Positions 46,198 through 60,377 of a stretch of 64,000 nucleotides of DNA are shown here, piece after piece. The stretch spans positions 35,404,001 through 35,468,000 of the forward strand of contig CM097885.1 of NCBI GenBank assembly GCA_044892525.1, written 5' to 3'. Source of the stretch: Schmidtea polychroa (lineage: Eukaryota). Within the stretch, counting starts at the first letter, position 1. The number at the start of each line of letters is the position of its first letter. Both the position numbers and the translations under genes were made by a program. Under the pieces are notes generated by a model. The model was not told where the DNA came from, did no database searches, and worked only from the letters and a program-made list of their open reading frames with translations.

Positions 46198-46494
46198 AAT
46201 AATTTTGTTTTAATTATCGATTACATAATAATTTAATTTTGTTTAAATCATTGATTATATAATTTTTTGTTTTAATTATTGAATACGTAATAATATAATT
46301 TTGTTTAAATCGTTGATTACATATTATTATTTTTTAATTTTCAATATTTTCTTTTAAAATATTAACGCACGCGTGGATGTTGTTATTATCATATATAATC
46401 TATCCGACAAGATATTCTGTCCCCCTATGGGTATTGGTCACAAAGGTACTGCTCACAATCAACATGTCGCAAATTATTTTCAAATACAATTTCA

Positions 46495-46570
<76 letters not shown>

Positions 46571-46614
46571 GAAAACCTCAAATATTTTTTACACACATAT
46601 ACAACCCATTAAAC

Positions 46615-46710
<96 letters not shown>

Positions 46711-47086
46711 ATTATTATTATTATTATTAGTGAAAAAATCTTAAATAATTTTTACATACTAAGTTATGGGGTAGAGTATTATTATGTTTGCAGTATTCTG
46801 TGTTTGCCTTTACAGGAAGTTGTCAATAAGGAGCGATAATTTTACACACACATTCTATATACACATACCTTGTTTAACATGGGTGTATATACTCCTAGTC
46901 TATCCGACAAAATATTCTGTCCCCCTATGGGTATTGATAGCAAGGGTACTACTCACACTCAAAGGTTTTCGATTTTAAAGCATATTATGGTTTATTAAGG
47001 TTAGTAAATAAAACTTATCACACACACTTTAATATTTAAACGATAAAAATCAAGACAAGAGAGGACAAGGCAAAGTGTATGCATTT

Positions 47087-47307
47087 AGTATTGCCAGGCC
47101 TAATGAGCAGTGACCAAATATCTGTGCCTGAAAGACACGGTGGATATTTGTTCGCGTCCACAAGGGTCGTCTGTGCCTCCCCCAAGTGGGGTCAGAAGAA
47201 CCTGGGCATTATAGCTTTCCGTACGGAACATTACGCCTAGCATGGGTAGTCAACTACCAGCACATTCGAAACGTATAATTTCAAAATACATGCGTCATTG
47301 GCACTAT
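47087..47307 (+). ncRNA. Candidate structured RNA with degenerate hammerhead-like frame (mirror copy ~54890-55112, minus)
   Basis: GC-richer island with several hairpins (CAAATATC/GATATTTG, CCCC-AAGT-GGGG, CTGGGC/GCCTAG, TTCC-GTAC-GGAA, GGTAG-TCAA-CTACC) between CTAATGA and GAAACGTAT...ATGCGTC. Confidence 0.4.
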
Positions 47308-48389
47308 AACCAAATTAATTAATGTTTTCACTAACACAAATATATATTTACAGAGGCCTCCCACTAGTTGGATTACAACCGCCCACCACGACGATCAGCT
47401 TGTAAATATATATTAATTAAGGGATAAAGAGGACCCACTCAACCCTATTATATTTAATTTACAAATTTTTCTCGCTCTTCTGTTGGTAATCTATCTCAAA
47501 ATTAATCTCTCCATCAGGCCATTTGATAGTGATTTCATGGAATACATCTTGCGAATTGGACGTATCTCTTATTTTCTGATGCGGCGTCAACTCTCATTGC
47601 TAAAATATCTATTGATTTAAAAGCAATTAATTTACATCATCTAACATTTTATCATCACAGGCTTGATAAATTATGCAATATTGGTATACTTTTTCAATGT
47701 CATTTCCCACCATTCCCAGATACCTAAATATAATATATATATATTTTAAAGAATTAATTCATATCTTACATTCGAAATAATATTCTTCAGGTATGACGAG
47801 TACTTTACTTAATTGATAAAACATCGGTTTTTCCCATTTTTCTTGACATTCGTTGAAAGTTTACATAATTTAAGTCTGATAATTCATGTTGAAGGACACC
47901 CACAATCAGCTAATTCATTTAAAAAATCCAGAACATAAGTCATTTAGTGTTTCACCATTTTGTCTGGTTCATTTTCTTCTATAATTCATGTTTTAATAAG
48001 AAATTTCTAAATCCAGAACATAAGTCATTTAGTGTTTCACCATTTTGTCTGGTTCATCTTCTTCATAATCATATAATTCATTTTCTTCATTACTAAGTAA
48101 AATAATTAAAATATTGTAGTAAATTCTTTATTTACTTACTTTATGGATACTAAAATGAAAGAAATAAAGTTATATCAAAATTATATTTAAATAATTTAAA
48201 TTTAGTATTTAAACATATTTAAACACTTTAGTTATTTAAGCATATTTAAACATTATTATATAGTATAACTTTATAAAATATTATAATATTATAATTTTAT
48301 GTATTCTAAATTTATTAATAAATATAGTATAATTTTATATAATATTATGTATTGATAATTTAATATATCCTTCATTAAATTTTTTAAAT

Positions 48390-48821
48390 TCAAAAATTTA
48401 TAATGAAGATTCTTTGAATTAAAAAATATTCTGTTAGTATTTCCAGGCAGAAATCAACGAATTCAATAATTAAAATCTTAATTTTCATATTGTTAGGGTT
48501 GTGACCAGAAGTTAATCGCCATCTAATCGTTTGTTCAGTTATCAGCCTGTTCTCAATTTTGCTCATTTTGTTCAAAACATTCAGGTGAGTTGTTATTTGG
48601 AAAGTTTCTTTGAGCTCAGTTTTGTTAAAACACTCACGGTATTTTCGAGGGACGTGACACTGGAAATAAATTAACAATGGGTGGTCATCCATACATGTTG
48701 TTAGTCTGAGCTCTCGATTTATTTTAGAAATAGGTATATTAAAAACATTTAAGTTATCATTCAGTAAAATAATATAATATTTTTGAGTTAATTTATAAAT
48801 AACAGTATTTTGATATATCAA
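48390..48821 (-). CDS. Hypothetical protein (up to 143 aa), left-arm copy
   Basis: Open in both arms; directly downstream of the conserved cis module; no recognisable domain. Confidence 0.3.
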   Translation of the reverse strand: MIYQNTVIYKLTQKYYIILLNDNLNVFNIPISKINRELRLTTCMDDHPLLIYFQCHVPRKYRECFNKTELKETFQITTHLNVLNKMSKIENRLITEQTIRWRLTSGHNPNNMKIKILIIEFVDFCLEILTEYFLIQRIFIINF

Positions 48822-51800
48822 TAAAGACCATATACTCCGAGTTTATCCGACAAAATATTCTGTCCCCCTATGGGTATTGCTAGCAAGGGTACTGGTCACA
48901 TTCAACATGTCGCAAGGGTATATTAATCAGTTAGAAATTCTTAGGTAATTTAGTGAGATGATCACAAATTCGTGAATATTTTAAATGTAACTTTACACTT
49001 TTGTCGAGCGACTAATTTATTGGTTAACATTTTAGACATTTAAAGCAAAAATTAATTTATTCATCTAATGTTCGTTACAATAGTTAATAATATGAGAAAA
49101 ACATGGTCATTATTCATTGATAATTTTAAATTCTTTATCATTTGGAGTAAATTTGTTTGAGGCAAAAATAATTAAAGGAGTCATAATAGAAATATGGTTA
49201 TCATTTATCCAATTAAGGGGCTTATTAGTTAGAAATATATATTATAAAGTAACAATTATTTTCTAATTTAATTAGATGATCATTAGACGTAATATATCTT
49301 TGCGAGAAATTTAAGATGTTTGAGTAACCAAAACATGGATATTTTGTGCGATAAATTTATGAATATTGGTTAATTTTGTTATTTTTAGTCATTTAAAATA
49401 ATATTTAGCAAAGGTAATTAGCAAAATATTATTTATCCACCCGATAACAATATTCCTTCAATAGATTAACTGATATTCAACCTATTTAATTTCTGGAAAT
49501 ATAATTAAAATCATAAATTTCCTTCAATAAAGTTAAATTTTCTTTAGTTGTCGATGTCCAACTCAATATTTTTGTTACCGTTATCTTCATAATGAATGTC
49601 CGTCTTTAACATGTTAAATAAAATAATTTAAAGCAATAACCTTTGATATCAATTATCTCTAAATATTTCAAATATTTCATTGACAAAACCAAGTAAATTA
49701 GTCATTAACCCTAAACACTTTGATAAAATCCTGGATAATTAATAGACTATTTCCCTTGAAACATTTCCAATAAGAACATCACCCATTTAAATATTCAAAA
49801 CATTTCCACCCTAACCGATACCTCACCAAATATTTCTACTCCTTTAAACATTCAACCGACTATATCCCCCTTTAAATACTATATATTCCCAACTTAACCG
49901 AACCCTCACTAAATCCAACCGACTATATCTCTTAATTTCACCCACTTGAGCCCTTTAATATAGCTTAAAATCTATAGAAAATTCTTCAAAATATGAATTT
50001 TATTTAATTGTTACAGACATTTTTCCTATGAAATAATTTAGTAGCTAAATTCAAAGAGTCCACTTAAAGATCAAAATTCATTAAAATAAATATTTAACCA
50101 CATGTATCATCAAATACCTAACTAGAGATGATAATATCTCATTGATTGATCATAATTCTTCATCGATTCAACTAATTATAACCATTATAACATGATATAT
50201 CTTTCAAACTAAATTTCAGTATATTTTACAATAATTTTCAAGTAGATTTCAAATATATCATCATCGTGAAAAAATTAGATGGTTTCAACTTTAGATTTTC
50301 AATATTTTAAATTTCATCAATGTGTAAATATTCTTATAAAAATATATGAAATAATTATTTAGTCAAATTATCATTACAAAGTCATCATCATCATCATCAA
50401 AATTAATAAAATATAGCAAATTATCAAGAAATTAACTAAATTTGTCTTAGAATTAACACTAAAACCTTAAATATTCTTTCAATTAACATGAAATTCACAA
50501 AAATAATTGTTAGTAAAATCCCGCTAACGCTAAAAATTACCAATGAATTTAATGCCAAATAATAACCAAAAATTTGCCTAAATAAAATCATTAAAACACA
50601 ACAATACCTTTACGACCAGTACCCTTACGACAATACCCTTACAAGCAGTACCCATAGAGGGAGAAAATATGTTGTCGGATAAACTCCGAGTATATATATA
50701 ATAAAACGAATTAACAATAACTCCATCAAATTGAATCAGTCAAATTATCACAAATTTTAATAAAAAATCTTATTCTAAAGTGGTAAGCAGCGTAAAATCG
50801 AAAGATAATTTTAATAACACAGAGATAAAATTAACAATATTATTCTCAGGTGGTAAGAATATTTTATTTTTGAGTCTGTTATCCCTCTATTATCATTGCC
50901 TACTTGATGTTTTCATAAATTTAAGTAAAGTTAATGCTGGGTATGTGTTCTGACACACTTTGTTTCCTTCTTAACTTTGAGTGATCATTTTGATTAAAAA
51001 GAGTAATGTATCTTAAATTATCTTTTAGAATATCCGTTTTTAAAATATTTAATGTAAAATAGCAAATATCATAATTATTAATTCAATATTAAAGGAGTTA
51101 ATCAAAATTTAAAATATAAAGTTATCATAATTGCTTAGTCAAATACCATTTGTTATGTATGTTTGTCATTTTTGGATTAAATACTTTATCAAAATAAATG
51201 TTTATCACATTATTAAAATATTTTAATTCGTTAGTCACTCATATATTAGAAATAATTTATAAATACTCATCACTTATAGCCCCCCATTTTCCACTAATCC
51301 TCCTAACAACTATTTCTTTGAACATTGAATTAAATATTTTTTTTTTATTAAAGTGATCATTTTTATAAATTTTTATGAATTTCATGAAATAATTTTAAAT
51401 AAATGCAATTAATATATTTCCATCTTATCTATGCCACTTCTCAATATATTTACATTTATTTTCCATTAATGAATAATTCAAAAACCCTTATTTTCACCTT
51501 TTTGAATTTCATTATTAATTAATCATAGAATAATGATGATTCTTACCACCTGAGAATAATATTGTTAATTTTATCTCTGTGTTATTAAAATTATCTTTCG
51601 ATTTTACGCTGCTTACCACTTTAGAAAAAGATTTTTTATTAAAATTTGTGATAATTTGACTGATTCAATTTGATGGAGTTATTGTTAATTCGTTTTATTA
51701 TATATATACTTGGAGTTTATCCGACAACATATTTTCTCCCTCTATGAGTACTGCTTGTAAGGGTAGTTAATTTCTTGATAATTTGCTATATTTAATTAAT

Positions 51801-53377
51801 TTTGATGATGATGATGACTTTGTAATGATAATTTGACTAAATAATTTTTTCATATATTTTTCTAAGAATATTTACACATTGATGAACTTTAAAATATTGA
51901 AAATCTAAAGTTGAAACCATCTAATTTTTTCACGATGATGATATATTTGAAATCTACTTGAAAATTATTGTAAAATATACTGAAATTTAGTTTGAAAGAT
52001 ATATCATGTTATAATGGTTATAATTAGTTGAATCGATGAAGAATTATGATCAATCAATGAGATATTATCATCTCTAGTTAGGTATTTGATGATACATGTG
52101 GTTAAATATTTATTTTAATGAATTTTGATCTTTAAGTGGACTCTTTGAATTTAGCTACTAAATTATTTCAATGGAAAAATGTCTGTAACAATTAAATAAA
52201 ATTCATATTTTGAAGAATTTTCTATAGATTTTAAGCTATATTAAAGGGCTCAAGTGGGTGAAATTAAGAGATATAGTCGGTTGGATTTAGTGAGGGTTCG
52301 GTTAAGTTGGGAATATATAGTATTTAAAGGGGGATATAGTCGGTTGAATGTTTAAAGGGGTAGAAATATTTGGTGAGGTATCGGTTAGGGTGGAAATGTT
52401 TTGAATATTTAAATGGGTGATGTTCTTATTGGAAATGTTTCAAGGGAAATAGTCTATTAATTATCCAGGATTTTATCAAAGTGTTTAGGGTTAATGACTA
52501 ATTTACTTGGTTTTGTCAATGAAATATTTGAAATATTTAGAGATAATTGATATCAAAGGTTATTGCTTTAAATTATTTTATTTAACATGTTAAAGACGGA
52601 CATTCATTATGAAGATAACGGTAACAAAAATATTGAGTTGGACATCGACAACTAAAGAAAATTTAACTTTATTGAAGGAAATTTATGATTTTAATTATAT
52701 TTCCAGAAATTAAATAGGTTGAATATCAGTTAATCTATTGAAGGAATATTGTTATCGGGTGGATAAATAATATTTTGCTAATTACCTTTGCTAAATATTA
52801 TTTTAAATGACTAAAAATAACAAAATTAACCAATATTCATAAATTTATCGCACAAAATATCCATGTTTTGGTTACTCAAACATCTTAAATTTCTCGCAAA
52901 GATATATTACGTCTAATGATCATCTAATTAAATTAGAAAATAATTGTTACTTTATAATATATATTTCTAACTAATAAGCCCCTTAATTGGATAAATGATA
53001 ACCATATTTCTATTATGACTCCTTTAATTATTTTTGCCTCAAACAAATTTACTCCAAATGATAAAGAATTTAAAATTATCAATGAATAATGACCATGTTT
53101 TTCTCATATTATTAACTATTGTAACGAACATTAGATGAATAAATTAATTTTTGCTTTAAATGTCTAAAATGTTAACCAATAAATTAGTCGCTCGACAAAA
53201 GTGTAAAGTTACATTTAAAATATTCACGAATTTGTGATCATCTCACTAAATTACCTAAGAATTTCTAACTGATTAATATACCCTTGCGACATGTTGAATG
53301 TGACCAGTACCCTTGCTAGCAATACCCATAGGGGGACAGAATATTTTGTCGGATAAACTCGGAGTATATGGTCTTTA

Positions 53378-53809
53378 TTGATATATCAAAATACTGTTAT
53401 TTATAAATTAACTCAAAAATATTATATTATTTTACTGAATGATAACTTAAATGTTTTTAATATACCTATTTCTAAAATAAATCGAGAGCTCAGACTAACA
53501 ACATGTATGGATGACCACCCATTGTTAATTTATTTCCAGTGTCACGTCCCTCGAAAATACCGTGAGTGTTTTAACAAAACTGAGCTCAAAGAAACTTTCC
53601 AAATAACAACTCACCTGAATGTTTTGAACAAAATGAGCAAAATTGAGAACAGGCTGATAACTGAACAAACGATTAGATGGCGATTAACTTCTGGTCACAA
53701 CCCTAACAATATGAAAATTAAGATTTTAATTATTGAATTCGTTGATTTCTGCCTGGAAATACTAACAGAATATTTTTTAATTCAAAGAATCTTCATTATA
53801 AATTTTTGA
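53378..53809 (+). CDS. Hypothetical protein (up to 143 aa), right-arm copy
   Basis: Identical translation to 48390-48821. Confidence 0.3.
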   Translation: MIYQNTVIYKLTQKYYIILLNDNLNVFNIPISKINRELRLTTCMDDHPLLIYFQCHVPRKYRECFNKTELKETFQITTHLNVLNKMSKIENRLITEQTIRWRLTSGHNPNNMKIKILIIEFVDFCLEILTEYFLIQRIFIINF

Positions 53810-55488
53810 ATTTAAAAAATTTAATGAAGGATATATTAAATTATCAATACATAATATTATATAAAATTATACTATATTTATTAATAAATTTAGAATACAT
53901 AAAATTATAATATTATAATATTTTATAAAGTTATACTATATAATAATGTTTAAATATGCTTAAATAACTAAAGTGTTTAAATATGTTTAAATACTAAATT
54001 TAAATTATTTAAATATAATTTTGATATAACTTTATTTCTTTCATTTTAGTATCCATAAAGTAAGTAAATAAAGAATTTACTACAATATTTTAATTATTTT
54101 ACTTAGTAATGAAGAAAATGAATTATATGATTATGAAGAAGATGAACCAGACAAAATGGTGAAACACTAAATGACTTATGTTCTGGATTTAGAAATTTCT
54201 TATTAAAACATGAATTATAGAAGAAAATGAACCAGACAAAATGGTGAAACACTAAATGACTTATGTTCTGGATTTTTTAAATGAATTAGCTGATTGTGGG
54301 TGTCCTTCAACATGAATTATCAGACTTAAATTATGTAAACTTTCAACGAATGTCAAGAAAAATGGGAAAAACCGATGTTTTATCAATTAAGTAAAGTACT
54401 CGTCATACCTGAAGAATATTATTTCGAATGTAAGATATGAATTAATTCTTTAAAATATATATATATTATATTTAGGTATCTGGGAATGGTGGGAAATGAC
54501 ATTGAAAAAGTATACCAATATTGCATAATTTATCAAGCCTGTGATGATAAAATGTTAGATGATGTAAATTAATTGCTTTTAAATCAATAGATATTTTAGC
54601 AATGAGAGTTGACGCCGCATCAGAAAATAAGAGATACGTCCAATTCGCAAGATGTATTCCATGAAATCACTATCAAATGGCCTGATGGAGAGATTAATTT
54701 TGAGATAGATTACCAACAGAAGAGCGAGAAAAATTTGTAAATTAAATATAATAGGGTTGAGTGGGTCCTCTTTATCCCTTAATTAATATATATTTACAAG
54801 CTGATCGTCGTGGTGGGCGGTTGTAATCCAACTAGTGGGAGGCCTCTGTAAATATATATTTGTGTTAGTGAAAACATTAATTAATTTGGTTATAGTGCCA
54901 ATGACGCATGTATTTTGAAATTATACGTTTCGAATGTGCTGGTAGTTGACTACCCATGCTAGGCGTAATGTTCCGTACGGAAAGCTATAATGCCCAGGTT
55001 CTTCTGACCCCACTTGGGGGAGGCACAGACGACCCTTGTGGACGCGAACAAATATCCACCGTGTCTTTCAGGCACAGATATTTGGTCACTGCTCATTAGG
55101 CCTGGCAATACTAAATGCATACACTTTGCCTTGTCCTCTCTTGTCTTGATTTTTATCGTTTAAATATTAAAGTGTGTGTGATAAGTTTTATTTACTAACC
55201 TTAATAAACCATAATATGCTTTAAAATCGAAAACCTTTGAGTGTGAGTAGTACCCTTGCTATCAATACCCATAGGGGGACAGAATATTTTGTCGGATAGA
55301 CTAGGAGTATATACACCCATGTTAAACAAGGTATGTGTATATAGAATGTGTGTGTAAAATTATCGCTCCTTATTGACAACTTCCTGTAAAGGCAAACACA
55401 GAATACTGCAAACATAATAATACTCTACCCCATAACTTAGTATGTAAAAATTATTTAAGATTTTTTCACTAATAATAATAATAATAAT

Positions 55489-55572
<84 letters not shown>

Positions 55573-55616
55573 GTTTAATGGGTTGTATATGTGTGTAAAA
55601 AATATTTGAGGTTTTC

Positions 55617-55692
<76 letters not shown>

Positions 55693-56779
55693 TGAAATTG
55701 TATTTGAAAATAATTTGCGACATGTTGATTGTGAGCAGTACCTTTGTGACCAATACCCATAGGGGGACAGAATATCTTGTCGGATAGATTATATATGATA
55801 ATAACAACATCCACGCGTGCGTTAATATTTTAAAAGAAAATATTGAAAATTAAAAAATAATAATATGTAATCAACGATTTAAACAAAATTATATTATTAC
55901 GTATTCAATAATTAAAACAAAAAATTATATAATCAATGATTTAAACAAAATTAAATTATTATGTAATCGATAATTAAAACAAAATTATTTGTTCTAAAAA
56001 TAAGAGGCATCGTTCTAAAAATATGACGTAATCATTCAAAAAATATTAGGCATCATTCTAAAAATATGACGTAATCATTCTAAAAATAAGAGGCATCGTT
56101 GGGTGAGTCATTGGGTGAGTCATTCTCTTTGTAAATATTAATGATGATGATACCTTCAATAACTCATTCGAAAGGTCTTGGACTGAGCTTTAAGATGAGG
56201 TATCGTCCAATAAATTCGGATAATGGGAACATTAAATTTTGGGATGAAAAAAAGTAGGAGCCCGCTGGATCACTTAATAATATTTTGGAAAATAATAATA
56301 ATTTAACTTTGAAAAGATGGTGGTCATCAAATGTTAATAACATTAAAACTATTAAAGATACCTATAGCACATCTTAAAGGTCTTGCAAAGGGTTTTAAGA
56401 TGAGGTATCGTCCAATAAAATCTGTTGGCTGGAACATTAATTTTTGGGATGAAAAAAAGTGTGAGCCCTCTGGACCAATTAATTAAACCAAAAAATTAAA
56501 TTAAAATTTTTTTTTCAGGGGGGGGAGGGGGGTATATGTGGTCTGGGGAGCTCATGGTCTGGGGAGCTCACATCCTACTACTTAAAGTAAATTAATCTTC
56601 AAAATTAATTGCATAATATATAAATAAATAATTTTAAAACGTAATCGTTAATTAAAAGCCTAAATGAAAATCTTACAAATGGAGGGATTTTATATGTCAA
56701 CAGAAAAAAGACAGATAATTCTTTTAGTTAAATAAATAAACAGGACTGTTTTATAACTACTTACAATGTAATTAGCAAA

Positions 56780-57815
56780 TGTAGAAACGAGTTCCATCAG
56801 TTCAATTTCTCTAGCAATATCATGTTGAATTGACAGAGTAACTGATCCGATAAGTCTTTTTTGTAGCATAAGTGTCCGCAAATATGTTTTATTAGTTTGA
56901 GCTTTGAGAAGCTTCGCTCTCCAGAAGTCACAGAAATTGGATAATCATGTGATTCTTTTCTTGAATCAAGAAGCTTTACAGAGCTATAACGTGCTGGGAA
57001 AACTTTCTGTTAGATTATTTTTCAGTATAAAGTTTAATACATCCTGTGCGATATACAATTTGCCATTCATCTTGAAATGAGTGTCAGTTCATGGCTTAAA
57101 TCAACTGTGTCGATATCTTTAAAGTTACCTTGTTGCAAAGCTTTCTCAAGATTCAAAAAATGTTCCATAACTTTCCTGCTAGTTTTATTATACAAACTGT
57201 AAACATCTTAGAGGAAATCAAAAATCGAACTAATATTTTGCATCAGAGTGAATCTTTCTTCAACCGATTTCTATTGCCGTGTCAAGTACAACTAATTAAA
57301 AGTTTACTTCAAATTTGTCTTTTGGATCCTGAATAGGTTTGTCGTCATCTCCTTCGTATGCACATTGCTTCTTCTTTCATCTGATGCGAGTTGGTTAATG
57401 TGTTCAAAAAGTGCTGACACCTCTAAATTGACTGCAATTTCAGCTGCATCTAACAGTTTTTCTAAAAATTGGTGTCATTTTTGTGGTTTACGAGAAACTT
57501 CTTCAATTCATCCAGATGATTGATGGCGACATGCATTTCTAAATTTTGCCTGACGTTGTTTATTAGTCTTTTTTTCATCTCAAACAACAAGTCATACCAT
57601 AGAACCAGAGAAACTAGAGTTTCTGTTAAATTTGTGTCATCCGCAATCTCTACCAGGGCATTGTAGACATCACCAAATTCCCGTCATCAAAAGTGTTCAG
57701 TTTCAATATTTGCTGCCAATACTGTTTCTTTTAATGAGACACAAATGTTTGGCATCAATTGTTTTCATGTGTGTTGGGCTACAACTGACTTTTAGACCCA
57801 AATTTCTAATTGTGA
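56780..57815 (-). pseudogene. hAT transposase remnant, C-terminal part (ZMYM1-like)
   Basis: ISVTSGERSFSKLKL...TYLRTLMLQKRL dimerisation motif across a frameshift. Confidence 0.75.
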
Positions 57816-59915
57816 CTGAAATGTGTAAGTACACAGCATGCAAAAAGCAAAATGTATAGTTAAATATTAAAAACTACACCAAATAAACAATAGTAATTAA
57901 AGGAAAAAACAACAAAAACCTAAACACAGAAATTAAATAAAATTATACCAAAAGCAAGAGGTTATGCAAAATAGAACTCGAAAATAACCAAATAAACACA
58001 GATAAACGTAAAACAGACTCGAATAACTTAAAAGACGATAAAAACCGAAAACCCAGAACATTCCATTAAAATGGCGATGACCATCACAAAAGCCAGCTAG
58101 AACAATAAAAGTTATAGAAAATAAATAAATTAGTATTAAAAATAATAAATCTTAAAAAAGAAATTCATAAAACACCAGTTAGAATAAAAATAAAATTAAA
58201 ATTAACATGGAATGTTCTGGAACCGTTCCAAATCCATCATGGACGTCGAATTAACGAAAAATAATTAAAAAATAAAACTATAAAAATAAAAAAAAACAAA
58301 AATTATGGCACAAAAATTGCCATTAAAAATATAAAAATCGCAAAATAGAAAATTCAGGAATAAAAAGAGTTCGAGTTTGTTTTAATGCATCAATACATAC
58401 ACGTGTACAAAATAGGTATATATACTGACACGTTTCAGTCGGAATCAATCATTATTTTATGCCAAATTTTGAACAAAAATTTTTCCAATCTACATAGTGA
58501 GTATATATGATTGAATTTTTATTATTATCATGTAGTTATGATTTATGTAAGATTAAAGTAATTCCATATTTGATGTTTTCTTTTTATTAATTTTTTGTTT
58601 GTTTTTTTTTTCGATGTACGAATGTTCAACGGCGTACTGGTATTCCTGCGTCGTTGTTCAGTCCTGCATCCAATTTGTTAAAATCCTCATAGTACATGCA
58701 AACATGCATTATTTATATTATATTAATATCTTACTATATGGCTCTTTTTGTTCAGGTCAGCCGGAGGTCGAACTACTTCATGGTCCTGCCATGGAGTTAG
58801 GTCGAGGAAACCCTCCGTCTGACTCTTCGTATTTATTTAAGGTCAGCCGTAAATGGTTGACTTAGCACATAACACTAAGGTTTGTGGAAGTGGTCACAGT
58901 GGGGCCATGGAAGCAATATTCTTCCCGACTCATTGCGTAACATACAATTAAACTCAACACTTAAAATCCTGAACAATAACTCTACACTAAGGTTCTAATT
59001 TGAGTAGAGCTCGTACCTAAAATTACACAATTCTGCACTCACATTAATGTAGCTAGTTGATCCATTATGGTAATTTCAATTATACTTAGACATATGCCGA
59101 ACTAGATTTTGTAGTAAGGATCTTTGATAAAGTAATAGAAATAAGAGAGATATTCGGCATACGTACAGGTATAACTCAATCTAGATATGATGATTCAGAG
59201 TAAAGGTAGGCAATTTAAATCCAGTTCCCACTTTAAAATATTTGTAAATGTGTAAACTCTTAGTGGTAATATTCTTTTGTTAACTATAAAACTATAAGTT
59301 ATAAATAATTACGATAGCTAGGTACAAATCACGTTGATCCTAAAAATATAAATTGTTAATAGAGAAAGTCTGATCAGAGATAGTAGTGAACAATTTTTCG
59401 TATAAAAATCAACTTAGGATTAGTTACAGATAGGCGATAGACGCGCTAGCACTCCGAAGTTCAATTCACAAATAGGACCAGGAAATCTGTAAGTACTTCG
59501 GAAAACAATGTTGATCATAGAAAGGAGGTTGGAAGAAGTGTATTCCGTCGACAAAAAAAAAATTTTTTTTTAAATTATAAAGTATGAAAATACGAAGTAC
59601 AAAATACAAAAGTATAAATTTTAAAATATGAACTTATAATTTATAAAATAAACAATTATAACTTATAAAATACGGATGTATAAGTCACAAAATATGAAAT
59701 TATAATTATAAATTACAAAATTGTAAATCCCTAAATTGAAAAATTTAAAATTATAAATCGAAAATTATCAAAGTATAAATTATAAAACATAAATTTATAA
59801 TTCTAAAACATGCGATCATAAAATTATAGTTATCATAATCCTGATCATTTCCCTTATTATTACTATTAGCAGTATCAACATTATTATTATCATTACTATT
59901 AGTATTATTATCCTG

Positions 59916-59995
<80 letters not shown>

Positions 59996-60377
59996 CATTA
60001 TTATGATTATCATTATTAGCATTATTATTATTATCATCATTATCAGTACCATTATTAAAATTTATTATTATTCGTGTTATTATTATTATTAGTATTATTA
60101 TTATCATCATCATGACCATTATTAAAATTTATTATTATTCTTATTATTATTATTATCATTGCTATTATTAATATTAATATCATTATTATCATTATTATTA
60201 CTATTATTAGTATCGTTATTTCATTGTTACTATTATTAGTATTATTATTATTACAGTTAACTACAAAAAATCGATATCCCAATCCGATATCGATTGAGGA
60301 TTTCCCCAAGAAATTAAATTTAGAATTGACCCTTCGATTCAATAGGAAGGATCGAAATTCACGAAAGCTATATTTAG

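Larger units (their letters stand above)
45258..56582. mobile_element. Element B: palindromic non-autonomous Maverick-like element (arms 45258-50860 and 51539-56582, spacer ~680 bp)
   Basis: Termini AGTAGTAGGATGTGAGCTC / GAGCTCACATCCTACTACT; perfect 6-bp TSD TAAAGT (45252-45257 / 56583-56588); mirrored ORFs 48390-48821 and 53378-53809. Confidence 0.92.

Noticed and set aside
58756..59488. Upstream coding exons for the 60378-62181 gene
   Set aside because: Joining the candidate exons creates an in-frame TAG; could be untranslated but not supportable as CDS
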